A stretch of 64,000 bases of DNA, taken from the NCBI GenBank assembly GCA_963717465.1, contig OY970340.1, positions 256,001 through 320,000 of the forward strand. Reading direction: 5' to 3'. Numbering within the stretch: the stretch's first letter is position 1; each line of letters starts with the position of its first letter. This DNA is from Candidatus Bathyarchaeota archaeon. GTDB lineage: Archaea; Thermoproteota; Bathyarchaeia; Bathyarchaeales; Bathycorpusculaceae. Of the stretch, positions 51,214-61,489 are shown piece by piece. The notes beneath the pieces were generated by a model. The model was given only the letters and a program-made list of their open reading frames with translations, was not told the origin of the DNA and ran no database searches. The position numbers and the translations under genes were made by a program.

Positions 51214-53391
51214 CTAAATGTGAAATACTCCGACTAAGAGCATGTCAATTAGTTTAATGCCTATAAATGGCACAATTATCCCGCCTACACCGTAAATTAA
51301 AGTGTTCTTAAGGAAAAGCGTCATTGTACTGGTTGGTTTAAAGGCGACACCTCGCATAGCAAGCGGAATTAACAGTGGAATTATTATCGCGTTGAATATG
51401 AGTGCAGACAACACAGCACTTTTAACACCTAACTGCAGTATGTTTAAGGCACCCAGTTCTGGCAAAGTAGCGGCGAAAATAACAGGCATTATTGCAAAGT
51501 ACTTTGATACATCATTGGCGATGCTGAAAGCGGTGACTGCGCCCCGGGTCATTAACAGTTGTTTTCCAAGCATAACAACTTCGATTATTTTGGCTGGGTT
51601 AGATTCCAAGTCAACCATGTTAGCTGCCTCCTTAGCCGCCTCAGTACCAGAATTCATCGCCAAACCAACATCAGCAACACTAAGCGCAGGAGCATCATTA
51701 GTCCCATCCCCAATCATAGCAACAATCCTATTCTCAGCCTGCTCCCGCTTAGCTATTTTGTACTTGTCTTCAGGCTTAGCTTGAGCAACATACTCGTCGA
51801 TTCCAACCTCAGTGGCAATACTTCTTGCCGTAAATGGTTGATCGCCTGTAATCATTACAGGGCGGATTCCCATAACTTTAAGGGCTTGTATCTTTTCCCT
51901 GATGCCTTCCTTGAGAACATCTTTTAACCTGATTATTCCTATAGGTACGCCGTTTCTTGCGACGGCTATTGGAGTTTCTCCAGCCGCGGAAACACCGTCT
52001 ACAACTAAATCGTAATTTTTTGGAATGCTTGTCGATAGGCTTTTAATCGATTCTGGAGCGCCTTTCATTATTTCCAGTTCTGATTCTTGAGGTGTAGCTC
52101 GCTCTTCCCAGGTTAATAACGCGGTTTTTCGTCGAATTCGTGTTCTTTCGCCCATCGCTTTGCCGCCTTTAGGCAGTACGAGCCCCATTTGTGTTATTTT
52201 CACTCCGCTTGTTCGGGTGACAGCAGAGAACGGATATTTTTCGCAAGCTGCAAGAGAGTTTAGCTCTTTTGGCACGAACCCTTTCTCGTAAGCGAGCTTG
52301 AGGATGCTTCTTCCTTCAGGAGTGTCATCATGCCATGACGACAGGAAAGCAGCCTCACCCACATCCTCTTCCGTAAAGCGATCAAACGCGATAAATTCTA
52401 TGGCTTGTCTATTGCCGACTGTAATTGTTCCTGTCTTATCAAGCAGCACTACGTCTGCATCTCCTGAAGTCTCTATAGCTCTACCTGATTTTGCGATTAT
52501 TTTGCTCTTATAGAGGCGGGACATGCCCGAGAGGCCGATGGCTGGCAAAAGCGCGCCTATTGTTGTTGGAAGAAGGCAAACGTAGAGGGCTATAAGCACT
52601 GACAGGTCCGCTCCAAGACCAAGAGTCATTGACGTGCCAAGAAGTGCAAGTATGATTATGGTAAATATAGCGGTTAAACCAATCAGAACTATTGTTATCG
52701 CAACTTCGTTAGGAGTCTTTGGCCGCTTTGAAGACTCCACCATCTTTATCATTTGATCGATGAAGGTTTCACCAGGATTAGTAGTAACTTTAGCTGTCAG
52801 GGTGTCGCTGACAACTTTTGAGCCTCCAATAAGAGAATCCCCAGGCGCCTTCCTAACAGGAGCTGACTCACCAGTAACAAGCGACTCATCAACCATCGCA
52901 ATCCCCTCAATAACATCAGCATCCAAAGGAACCACATCACCAGCCTCAATCTGAACCAGGTCGCCCCTTTTCAGCTCAGTTGATTTAACAGTCACAATCT
53001 TTCTCATCCATTCATCGGTAACTATTTTTTTACTTGACACCTCCATCTCCAGCTTCCTCAGACTCCCAGCAGTACTCTTCGCCTGCTGCTCAGCCAACGC
53101 ATCAGACAAAGTACTGAACCAAACCGTAATCAGCAAGATGACAGCAACTTCCACATAGAAAACTTGCATGCTTGGGCTAGCTACAGGCACGAACGCTTGG
53201 GGAACTATGGCCATGGCGGCAACTATGAAGAAGGTGACTTCAACAATGAACATCACTGGATTTTTAAGCAACGATTTAGGGTTCAGGCGAACGACTGAGT
53301 CAACGAGTACTTTCCCAGATAAAGCAGACCTTAACCCGCCGGGCGTTGATTCTTTGGTTTTCTTTGAGTCTGCAGGTTTTACATTAGCCAA
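51214..53391 (-). CDS. kdpB: K+-transporting ATPase subunit B (P-type ATPase)
   Basis: NPVMFIVE, TGESAPV, PTTIGALL, DKTGTIT, GDGTNDAPAL, TRGA.T.FSIAND. Confidence 0.97.
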   Translation of the reverse strand: MANVKPADSKKTKESTPGGLRSALSGKVLVDSVVRLNPKSLLKNPVMFIVEVTFFIVAAMAIVPQAFVPVASPSMQVFYVEVAVILLITVWFSTLSDALAEQQAKSTAGSLRKLEMEVSSKKIVTDEWMRKIVTVKSTELKRGDLVQIEAGDVVPLDADVIEGIAMVDESLVTGESAPVRKAPGDSLIGGSKVVSDTLTAKVTTNPGETFIDQMIKMVESSKRPKTPNEVAITIVLIGLTAIFTIIILALLGTSMTLGLGADLSVLIALYVCLLPTTIGALLPAIGLSGMSRLYKSKIIAKSGRAIETSGDADVVLLDKTGTITVGNRQAIEFIAFDRFTEEDVGEAAFLSSWHDDTPEGRSILKLAYEKGFVPKELNSLAACEKYPFSAVTRTSGVKITQMGLVLPKGGKAMGERTRIRRKTALLTWEERATPQESELEIMKGAPESIKSLSTSIPKNYDLVVDGVSAAGETPIAVARNGVPIGIIRLKDVLKEGIREKIQALKVMGIRPVMITGDQPFTARSIATEVGIDEYVAQAKPEDKYKIAKREQAENRIVAMIGDGTNDAPALSVADVGLAMNSGTEAAKEAANMVDLESNPAKIIEVVMLGKQLLMTRGAVTAFSIANDVSKYFAIMPVIFAATLPELGALNILQLGVKSAVLSALIFNAIIIPLLIPLAMRGVAFKPTSTMTLFLKNTLIYGVGGIIVPFIGIKLIDMLLVGVFHI

Positions 53392-55045
53392 AGCTGTTCA
53401 CCAACCCTTTGAAAAATGATGCTATTGGTCCGATTGCTAGGAACGGGAAGAACGTTAACACGACCAATATGAGAATGCTGGCAATTAGGACCAAGGTGAA
53501 TACAAATGTGTCGGTCTTGAGACCTGATGTTGTTCCTCCGCGTTTTCTGCCAATCATTGACCCTGAAAGCGCCATCAGTATGGCTATAGGTGCGTATCGT
53601 CCGACGAGCATTACTATGGCAGTGGCTATGTTAAAGAATGGAGTGTTCGCTTGGGCGCCAAGAAAGTCTGAACCATTGTTGGCGGCGGCGCTTGTGAATT
53701 CATAGAGGATTTCTGTATAGCCTATTGAATTTCCACTCACTCCAATTGCGCTTGCAGCACCACTAGCGTAAGCAACGACAGTGGGCACGAGTATGATGAT
53801 GGGGTGAATGAGAAAAGCAATCATCACAAGCTTCACATCTCGCCCTGTGATTTTCATGTTCAAGTATTCAGGAGTTCTTCCAGACATTAATCCAACTATA
53901 AAGACTGTTATAATGATGAACATAACCATATACATAAGCCCAACGCCTTTGCCCCCTGGAATTGACTGGATGAACATGCCAAAAAAGGCAGAGAGAATTG
54001 TTAAGGGATGATTACCCAAGAGACTTGAGTTCAGTGACCCTGTTGTAGCTACAGTCGTTGTAACAGTATAGAAACTGGACATAAAGCCGCCGAATCGGAC
54101 TTCTATGCCTGGAGCCACTAAGGGGAGCGATGGAATAAACGCTATAACGAGATTAATGGCGTAGAGAATGTATGCGCCCCACAGGAGTGGTCTGGATTCA
54201 GATTTTTTGCCCATCATTTGACCGAAGACAAAAATTAGTGCTGTGGGAAGTAGAAGCATTAATGAAATCAAGACGAGGTCTGAAATCGGCGACGGATTCG
54301 CGAAGGGGTATGCAGCGTTTGCACCATAATATCCGCCTCCGTTAGTTCCTAACTGCATAATCGAGTCAAGTGAAGCAACTGGCCCGACAAAAAGAGTTTG
54401 CGACGCTCCTTCTATAGTGTTAACTACAGTGTAACCGCTAAGCGTTTGGGGTACGCCGAGGGAAAGAAGGATAATCGAGGCTACTGTTGTAAGCGGGAGG
54501 AAAATTCTTGTGATGGATCTGGTGAAGTCAACGTAGAAGTTGCCCATGTCTTTTGCATCAGCCACCAGTCCCCGAATAAATGCTATACCCATGCATAAGC
54601 CGGTTATTGCTGATGTAAACATTAACCACTGTAAAACACCCATTTGACTAAGGTACGAAAATGTTGTTTCGCCACTGTAATGCTGCAGATCAGTGTTTGT
54701 TACAAAAGATACCGCTTGCATAAAGGCTAAGTCTGGACTTAAACCAGGAAAATGCATGGGATTAAGCGGCAAATAACCCTGGAAAACCATTATCAGAAAG
54801 CTGATAACAAGCATTACAATGTTTACTAGTAAACCTGAGAGGAAGTACTGTTTCCAACCCATCGTCTGCTCGGCGTTTACGCCAGTGATTTTGTAAAGAA
54901 AGTTTTCGATGGGATTAAAAATTTTGTCTAGGCGGCTTGGTTTCCGCTTAAAGACCCCTGTGATATAGGGCGCAATCAGCCAAGCTAAAAGCACGGTTAC
55001 GCCAATAGTAAGAATGACTGTTAGAGCCTGACCCGCATCTATCAA
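53384..55045 (-). CDS. kdpA: K+-transporting ATPase subunit A
   Basis: Filter loops TNTDLQHY, GTNGGG, TTGS and ANNGS; GRTPEYL. Confidence 0.96.
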   Translation of the reverse strand: MIDAGQALTVILTIGVTVLLAWLIAPYITGVFKRKPSRLDKIFNPIENFLYKITGVNAEQTMGWKQYFLSGLLVNIVMLVISFLIMVFQGYLPLNPMHFPGLSPDLAFMQAVSFVTNTDLQHYSGETTFSYLSQMGVLQWLMFTSAITGLCMGIAFIRGLVADAKDMGNFYVDFTRSITRIFLPLTTVASIILLSLGVPQTLSGYTVVNTIEGASQTLFVGPVASLDSIMQLGTNGGGYYGANAAYPFANPSPISDLVLISLMLLLPTALIFVFGQMMGKKSESRPLLWGAYILYAINLVIAFIPSLPLVAPGIEVRFGGFMSSFYTVTTTVATTGSLNSSLLGNHPLTILSAFFGMFIQSIPGGKGVGLMYMVMFIIITVFIVGLMSGRTPEYLNMKITGRDVKLVMIAFLIHPIIILVPTVVAYASGAASAIGVSGNSIGYTEILYEFTSAAANNGSDFLGAQANTPFFNIATAIVMLVGRYAPIAILMALSGSMIGRKRGGTTSGLKTDTFVFTLVLIASILILVVLTFFPFLAIGPIASFFKGLVNSFG

Positions 55046-55251
55046 TTATTTCAAAACTCCAAGGCGCATTTACGTTCACTATGGCTCCTACCTTAAATGA
55101 GTACCTGATTATCAGTTGTTCTTCCAAAACACCTATGTCTCTTATAAGGATTCAGGAAAGTCTTGTTTACAGTTAAATTGCACCGATTAATTTTATCGAA
55201 ACGTCTAAGAACAGCTGTTTTCACCATGCTTTCATTCCCAGCGGAGATGCT

Positions 55252-55539
55252 TTAGCAAATTGCTTTATCTTTGCACCTGCGTCCTTTATGTGGTTGCAAC
55301 ACAATCGTGCTTATAGTACTTTTTACTCCGTCTATTTTCATAATATGCTTTTGCAAAATATCCCTAAATTCTTCCAGCGTAGAAGTGCTAACCAACGTTA
55401 CAATATCATATTCGCCTGCAACTTCGTAGACTTCCTCGATACTCTCAAGTTTGGACAAGGCTGCAACTACACTATCTATTTGTGTGGATTCAGCAAAAAT
55501 ATTAACCGATGCTAAAAGGCGTTGCATACAAAGTCCCAT
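55252..55539 (-). CDS. Stand-alone Lrp/AsnC RAM domain protein
   Basis: YEVAGEYDIV, I.GVKSTISTIVL; paralogue of 50277-50573. Confidence 0.9.
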   Translation of the reverse strand: MGLCMQRLLASVNIFAESTQIDSVVAALSKLESIEEVYEVAGEYDIVTLVSTSTLEEFRDILQKHIMKIDGVKSTISTIVLQPHKGRRCKDKAIC

Positions 55540-55682
55540 CTTATTATTTTGATATTAGGCCATCGAAATGGCAAAATATAGGTAAAGAACATTGATTCAT
55601 CGTGGAATCTTTTTTAGTAAAGTGCATCCCGAAACCTTCTCATGATTCTCATAGGAACATAAACTCGTTTATATAAGGTTGG

Positions 55683-55709
55683 TTATGATTTGTTCATAAT
55701 TATTATGAA
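55683..55709. promoter_or_regulatory. Shared operator, copy 2
   Basis: TTATGA-TTTGT-TCATAA-TTA-TTATGAA next to the TATA box at 55668-55676. Confidence 0.75.
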
Positions 55710-55826
55710 AAGTTAGAAAAACATCCTTAATTTTCGAAATAGGTTCAACATTTGCTCAACATATAGCTAAAATTAAAAAACAAATATAAAATAAAACCTT
55801 AATAAACAAGAATGAAACATCAATAT

Positions 55827-56183
55827 TCAAAGAGCTTGTTTACACGCATCTTCTTTTACAACGTTTAAAGTAGCAAGGGTTAGAGTTGTTTTAATGAAAC
55901 GAACTGATAAAAGTTCTTTAAAAAAAATGTTAAGGCTGTAGTCATCCTTGAACCTAGTAAACACTGCAATGTCGAAATCCCCGGTTATCTCATATACGCA
56001 GAAAACATTCTGGTAACTAGCGATCTTTTTTTCAACCTCAGCAAGATGCTTTCCCTCAACTTGAATTAGTAACATTAGGGTTAAATCGTCACCAGGTTTA
56101 ACTGAACCAATTACCCCAACGTAATCTGTTGAAACATCGCGCTTGTTTGTTGCAGCAAAGGCTAACCTATTTTTTTGTGCCAT
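55827..56183 (-). CDS. Lrp/AsnC RAM domain protein lacking a recognisable HTH
   Basis: VYEITGDFDIAV..RFKD...LN.F.K.L...LNVVKED. Confidence 0.85.
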   Translation of the reverse strand: MAQKNRLAFAATNKRDVSTDYVGVIGSVKPGDDLTLMLLIQVEGKHLAEVEKKIASYQNVFCVYEITGDFDIAVFTRFKDDYSLNIFFKELLSVRFIKTTLTLATLNVVKEDACKQAL

Positions 56184-56211
56184 CCAAACCTCACTTTTGG
56201 GACAGCCCGGT

Positions 56212-57678
56212 TTAGTAATCGAGGTATTTCATGATCTCCCATGGTGAAACGTAGAGACAGTACTGATTCCAATCGTTAGTCTTAAGGTCCACAAAGGCAT
56301 CAAATATGTGGCTTCCAAGTGCACGTTGAAGTACTTCGTCGCTTTTCAGTTCTTCAAGAGCAGCCTTTAACGTTGTAGGAAGTTCTTTGATTCCAAGGGA
56401 CTTGCGCTTTTGAGAAGAGAGCTTGTAGACGTCTTCGTCGACTGGATTTCCAGGGTCAATCTTTTTCTTCACGCCGTCAAGCCCTGCCATTAGCAGACAT
56501 GAGAACGCCAAGTAGGGATTGCAGGAAGGGTCAACTCCTCGGTACTCCACTCTTTTTTGGGCAGCAAACTCTTTACCCTTATAGTACAATGGTATGCGAG
56601 CTAGTGCAGATCTGTTTCGTCTTGACCACATGACATAAATTGGTGCTTCAAAACCGGGTACAAGCCGTTTGTATGAGCTTATCGTTGGGCAGCAAATTGC
56701 AGTTAAAGCCCTTGCGTGTTCCAATAGGCCGCCTAAGTAGTATCGTCCAGCTTGGCTTAATTCAGCGTAATTGTCGCTTTCATCGTACATGGCGTTTTTC
56801 CCTTTAGACCAAATTGACTGGTGAACATGCATTCCACTTGCATTGTCCAAGTAAACAGGCTTTGGCATGAAAGTTGCAATTAAACCGTATTTGTGAGCAA
56901 TGTTCTTTGCAACAAATTTATAGTATAACGCTCTGTCTGCGGTTTCTATTAGCGGACCGTATTTGTAGTCGATTTCCACTTGACCGACAGTAGCAACTTC
57001 ATGGTGATGCTTTTCAATGGTTAATCCAAAATTATCCTCCAGCACTTGCGATGTTTCGTTACGGAAAGCAACTGTCGTATCTTCTGGTGGCGTTCTGTAA
57101 TAGGCTTCCTTTGGCCTCATGACGTAACTACCAGGGGTTGTTTCTGGTGACTGAGGCACTACTCTTGGAGCGCCCCATGAATCACCTTCTCCGCCTCTTG
57201 GACTTACCCAAAGATCCCATACGAGCTTAGTTGGGTCAATAGATGAAAAGACAAAGAACTCCAATTCTGGAGCGAAGTATCCAGTATAGCCCATTGCTGA
57301 AGCTTCTGCTACTGCTCTTTTGGCTACGTAACTCCGAGGGTCGACAACTGATGGTTCTTTTCCTCCGTAAGCTTCATAGACATCTCCCAGCACTATGGCG
57401 CTTTTCTGTTTTTCATCATTAATCCAGGGCATTATCGATAAGGTTTGAGCGTCAGGCATGAAAATCATGTCTGATTCTTCGATCGATTTGAAACCTCTGA
57501 CAGAAGAACCGTCAAAGCCTATTCCGGCAGTGAATGCTTCGCCACTAAGATAGTCTCTCGCGGGAAGCACCATGTCCTGCAATATTCCGCGTATGTCAAC
57601 GAAAGCTGAATGTACCCACCTTACGTTGTTGGCTTTCAGGCTCCCTATTGCTTTTTGTATGGAGTCGTTTTTTTCCAT
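56212..57678 (-). CDS. glnA: Glutamine synthetase type I
   Basis: FDGSSV.GF, HHHEVA, ATFMPKP, SGMHVHQS, SYKRLVPGFEAP, NRSA, R.EYR..D...NPYLA. Confidence 0.97.
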   Translation of the reverse strand: MEKNDSIQKAIGSLKANNVRWVHSAFVDIRGILQDMVLPARDYLSGEAFTAGIGFDGSSVRGFKSIEESDMIFMPDAQTLSIMPWINDEKQKSAIVLGDVYEAYGGKEPSVVDPRSYVAKRAVAEASAMGYTGYFAPELEFFVFSSIDPTKLVWDLWVSPRGGEGDSWGAPRVVPQSPETTPGSYVMRPKEAYYRTPPEDTTVAFRNETSQVLEDNFGLTIEKHHHEVATVGQVEIDYKYGPLIETADRALYYKFVAKNIAHKYGLIATFMPKPVYLDNASGMHVHQSIWSKGKNAMYDESDNYAELSQAGRYYLGGLLEHARALTAICCPTISSYKRLVPGFEAPIYVMWSRRNRSALARIPLYYKGKEFAAQKRVEYRGVDPSCNPYLAFSCLLMAGLDGVKKKIDPGNPVDEDVYKLSSQKRKSLGIKELPTTLKAALEELKSDEVLQRALGSHIFDAFVDLKTNDWNQYCLYVSPWEIMKYLDY

Positions 57679-57738
57679 TATATTTTCACCATTTAAAGAT
57701 CTTATCTATCAATTCGAACAATTCTAATTTAAATGTAG

Positions 57739-57765
57739 TTAAGATTTGTTCATACATTTTATGAA
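57739..57765. promoter_or_regulatory. Shared operator, copy 3 (glnA promoter)
   Basis: TTAAGA-TTTGT-TCATAC-ATT-TTATGAA next to TTTAAAT at 57728-57734. Confidence 0.7.
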
Positions 57766-58017
57766 ATAATAGAAATATTTTTAAATAAATTTTATAATCA
57801 TGAACAAATGAAGTCTATAACAAAGTTATAATGCTCAAATCAATAACCAGCTGGAATGGAGGATATTTAGCACTTAATAGTTTTAGATGAACCATAACTG
57901 TCTAACTAGTCAAAATTCAAGCAAATCGACTTTAATCTGAAAAAGATTGAATTTTCTTAAAAAAAGAAAAGATTAATCTTAGCGGGTTAGGTAGTAGCTG
58001 CCAGTTTTTCTGAGCTG

Positions 58018-59520
58018 TCAGGATTCTTTGCCGCCTGGGTAGGGGAAGATGCGTGATTCTTTGGTTCTTGAGTTCAGGAGGAAGTATCCAAGTCCTATAG
58101 TCATCCACAGGGCAACTACTCCTACTGCAATTAAACACGCTAGCTGCGTGGATCCTCCACCCATTACAGCTAGCCATATCACCGCAATTAGCATGATTAC
58201 GTTAGCTGCTAAGCCTGCAATTGGGACTACGTATTTTGTAAGAATTGAACGTCTTTCTCTTGACAGCGCGTATACTGCGATGAGGCATGTTACACCGTAA
58301 AGCAGGAACGTTCCAAAGTTGCATAAGTATGTGATAGCACTCAAGTTCGTTAGCGATAGTACACCAAATGTGCCTATGCCGGCTGTAACAAGAGTTAGCA
58401 CCCATACGCCAATAGCAGGAGTCCCAAATCTTAAGTTAAGTTTTCCGAGCGGTTCAGGTACCTCGGAGTCTCGACTGATTGCGTAAGTCACTCTTACTCC
58501 AGTGTTCATGCATGACAGCGTTGTACCAAGTATTGCTGCAGCAACTACCGCAGCTACGACGATCATAACAACGAAGCCTCCGCCGCCAAATAAGCCATTA
58601 ACCGATTGCATTATCATATCACCTAGAGGCGAGTTAGAAGCGGCTGCTGCTGCAAATGTGTATTTTGAGTTGATCCAGTATTGCATGCCGAAGTATTCGA
58701 GTAGATAGCAGAACGCCCCTTGTATGATGAGCGAGAGAATGATCGCTTTTGGGACATCTTTGGGGTTTTTTGCTTCTGAGCCCAATGCAGTAACTGATTC
58801 GAAGCCGACTAGAACGAGTATAGCTATTGTCGCCTGAAACAGCATGTGGCTTGCACTGCTTGGAATCAGCACGCTAACAGCATTTGGGAAATAGAACGAT
58901 ACTTTGTCAGGGTTTAAGAAGCGATAAGCAAGAGCAATACCAGTAACGCCAATAAGCATGACGATTTGTGCAATATTTATCATCAGGTTTGTTCTTGTTG
59001 AGCCGTTAATCCCTCTGTAAGCGATAAATCCTACTACGACGCTAAACGCAACGGCTATTGCAACTTCAGTTATCGGACTAATCGCGATGCCTACTGTTGA
59101 GAGGATGTATGTTATGAAAAAACCCATCATTGCAACCATGACACCGGGATAGACCCAGTAGTATAAGTGTGAAAGCCAACCGATGATGAACTTTGCGTTT
59201 CTGGCTGTTTTGTTGCTGCTACCCTTGTCAAGCAAAGCTCGCTGAGCAAAGTAGTAAGAGCTGCCTGCACCAGCATCTGGATACCGACGGGACAGCCATG
59301 AATATGAAGCGGCGGTTAAGAAAGCTAATATCAGCGCTAAAAACAAACCTGACCATATGTCAGGAGCAGTGGAGACGCCTGAAGGGTCAACTTGAGCAGC
59401 CTGTATTTCGTAAGTTAGCCATAGGAAAGCTCCCGGCGCTATCAGCGCCATCGCGTTAATAGTTAACCCCGTGAGGCTTAATGACTTCTTCATCTGGGGT
59501 GAGCTTTGATCACTTGCCAT
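58018..59520 (-). CDS. APC-family amino acid permease
   Basis: About 12 TM segments; AGSSYYFA, GFES....G.EAKNP, R..YA.SRD, GTP. Confidence 0.92.
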   Translation of the reverse strand: MASDQSSPQMKKSLSLTGLTINAMALIAPGAFLWLTYEIQAAQVDPSGVSTAPDIWSGLFLALILAFLTAASYSWLSRRYPDAGAGSSYYFAQRALLDKGSSNKTARNAKFIIGWLSHLYYWVYPGVMVAMMGFFITYILSTVGIAISPITEVAIAVAFSVVVGFIAYRGINGSTRTNLMINIAQIVMLIGVTGIALAYRFLNPDKVSFYFPNAVSVLIPSSASHMLFQATIAILVLVGFESVTALGSEAKNPKDVPKAIILSLIIQGAFCYLLEYFGMQYWINSKYTFAAAAASNSPLGDMIMQSVNGLFGGGGFVVMIVVAAVVAAAILGTTLSCMNTGVRVTYAISRDSEVPEPLGKLNLRFGTPAIGVWVLTLVTAGIGTFGVLSLTNLSAITYLCNFGTFLLYGVTCLIAVYALSRERRSILTKYVVPIAGLAANVIMLIAVIWLAVMGGGSTQLACLIAVGVVALWMTIGLGYFLLNSRTKESRIFPYPGGKES

Positions 59521-59644
59521 TTATCTTCTCCTCTGGAAAACTTTTCTTAAGCAAGTTATTGTTCTTGTTTAGTTTTTGAAATTGTATAGAATTGTTTATT
59601 TCGAATGTGAATACGCTTGTTGCTGATTTAGTTGATGCTTTCAT
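59510..59644 (-). CDS. 44-aa Asn/Lys-rich upstream ORF overlapping the permease start
   Basis: GGTGA RBS and ATG at 59644; MKASTKSATSVFTFEINNSIQFQKLNKNNNLLKKSFPEEKINGK. Confidence 0.5.
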   Translation of the reverse strand: MKASTKSATSVFTFEINNSIQFQKLNKNNNLLKKSFPEEKINGK

Positions 59645-59697
59645 TTCTGTCACCAATTAATTTAGCTATGTGTATGTTCAGTTAAATATAAATATAG

Positions 59698-59724
59698 TTA
59701 ATAATTGTTCATAAGTATTATGAA
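59698..59724. promoter_or_regulatory. Shared operator, copy 4 (permease promoter)
   Basis: TTAATA-ATTGT-TCATAA-GTA-TTATGAA next to the TATA box at 59684-59693. Confidence 0.7.
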
Positions 59725-59754
59725 AAAATGAAAAAATGTAGTATTATATGTCTT

Positions 59755-60321
59755 CTATATAGATACTTGTCTCTTTATCGGATTGGGCTTTACTGTAACA
59801 CGCAATTTAGTCAAGTTCTCTTTAATCTCTGCATTAATGCCCATGGCCGCGAAGTACGTTTCCAGAAAAATCTTGATAAAATCTTTGGTAACTTCCGACA
59901 TCAAAATCAACGTAAAATCGTTGTTTGCGTTTCTTGTTAAGCGGTAGAAGTTACATGCCTCAAGCCTGAGCAAAAATTCCTCAACCCCATTTACTTTTGA
60001 CCTCAACTGTTCCCAGTGAGATTTAGCAAGTTCTTTGTGTTCTTTCCAAAATTTCTCTCTGTTTGGAGAAGAAGATATGAGGTCAAGAAGCATAATCCAA
60101 TGATCAATATCTAAGATTACATGCTCTCCATTAAGCAACATGTCCATGTAGGACTGAACTTTTTTCTTTACAGCAGGATCTTCGAGGGCTTTATTCTCAT
60201 TGTAAAATTTTAAAGCGCGACGTACTATTTCGCTTTGAGAAACTTCAGCTTCTGAACTTATTTTTTCCAATAAATCAGCTGTCGATTTATCAAAAGCTAC
60301 AGTTACTCTAATCGGATTCAA
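59755..60321 (-). CDS. Ribbon-helix-helix (CopG-family) regulator with a C-terminal domain
   Basis: RVTVAFD......L.......VSQSEIVRRAL, plus a ~140-aa domain containing GEHVILDIDHW. Confidence 0.85.
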   Translation of the reverse strand: MNPIRVTVAFDKSTADLLEKISSEAEVSQSEIVRRALKFYNENKALEDPAVKKKVQSYMDMLLNGEHVILDIDHWIMLLDLISSSPNREKFWKEHKELAKSHWEQLRSKVNGVEEFLLRLEACNFYRLTRNANNDFTLILMSEVTKDFIKIFLETYFAAMGINAEIKENLTKLRVTVKPNPIKRQVSI

Positions 60322-60790
60322 TTTATTTACGCCTCATAACTTTCATTAAAACATATGTTCAATATATAATAAATCTTATAAACATTATGCTAGCAAATTT
60401 ATCCTAAACCTATACAATATAATAATTTCTATTAAAAAATTAAAACAAACGTCTTTTTTATATTACCCGAAGGCGATGTTTTTAAACAAAAAAAACAAAA
60501 ATCAAACCTGCAGAAAACAAATGAACAGCAGAACGATGGCAAGGCTTTAAAGCTTAAGGGGGATAAAGGTTCAATAAATTCACAGATACAAAGATCTTTA
60601 AGCCAACTGCCGCCTTCAACTGTCCTGGTGCAAATCGCTTTAGGAAATCACGGTCAATTCAACTGGTGTAGATCAACCGCAGACAAACAAGCGCAAACAT
60701 CTAAAGAAATACAGCAAGATAAAAACATTAAACGAAACACAGGCCAATTGCTACAACAATCCACGACAATAAAAATAGTAAAAAGAGACT

Positions 60791-61489
60791 TCAGTCCTTT
60801 CGATGAAACTGGTTTTTTGCTGCTCCGCATATTGGGCAAACCCAGTTTTCTGGCAGTTTCTCGAATGGCGTGCCTGGCTGGATACCGGAGTTTGGATCGC
60901 CCTGTGCTGGGTCATATACGTAACCGCAAACTTCACAAGCATATTTCGCGGCGTCCTTGATATCTTCCTTTTTTTCAGTTTGGGCAAATGTGGGAGCTGT
61001 CTTTGGCGTTGTTCCCCTCTTTACCTCATGATAGAAATCGTAAGTCATTTGTGGATCGTTGCTTAGGACTTTTGAATCAACTACTTCCCCCAAAAAGATT
61101 GTGTGGGTTTCTGCATCTATTTCATTTGTAACTTTCACTTCAAAGTATGCAACTGTATGGTTCAAAACTATTCGGGCACCAGTCTGGCCTACTTGATAGT
61201 CAACGCCTAAAAACTTGTTAGTGTCCCTTCCACATTTGAATCCGAAGTTTCCTATGAAAGAAAGCGGCGTGTCTTTTGAGAGAACCGAAACAGCGTAGAA
61301 ACCATTTTGTTTGATGAGTTCATGGGTGAAGTTTTGCTTATTTATTGAGACAGCAACCAAGGGTGGTTGAGACGCAACTTGAACAACGGTGTTTGCAATC
61401 TGTCCGTTGCACCTACCTTCTTTCCCAGAAGTCACTACATAGACGCCATAACTTATCTTGTACAAACCTTTAGGATCCAAACAAATCAA
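60791..61489 (-). CDS. Flavin reductase-rubredoxin fusion (high-molecular-weight rubredoxin-like)
   Basis: [25 protein letters not shown]-terminal [10 protein letters not shown]...WVCPICG. Confidence 0.92.
   Translation of the reverse strand: MICLDPKGLYKISYGVYVVTSGKEGRCNGQIANTVVQVASQPPLVAVSINKQNFTHELIKQNGFYAVSVLSKDTPLSFIGNFGFKCGRDTNKFLGVDYQVGQTGARIVLNHTVAYFEVKVTNEIDAETHTIFLGEVVDSKVLSNDPQMTYDFYHEVKRGTTPKTAPTFAQTEKKEDIKDAAKYACEVCGYVYDPAQGDPNSGIQPGTPFEKLPENWVCPICGAAKNQFHRKD

Noticed and set aside
55046..55250. c-di-AMP riboswitch or kdpF upstream of kdpA
   Set aside because: Only a short CTGAATCC match next to a TATA-like CTTATAAG; no further riboswitch elements and no hydrophobic ~30-aa ORF
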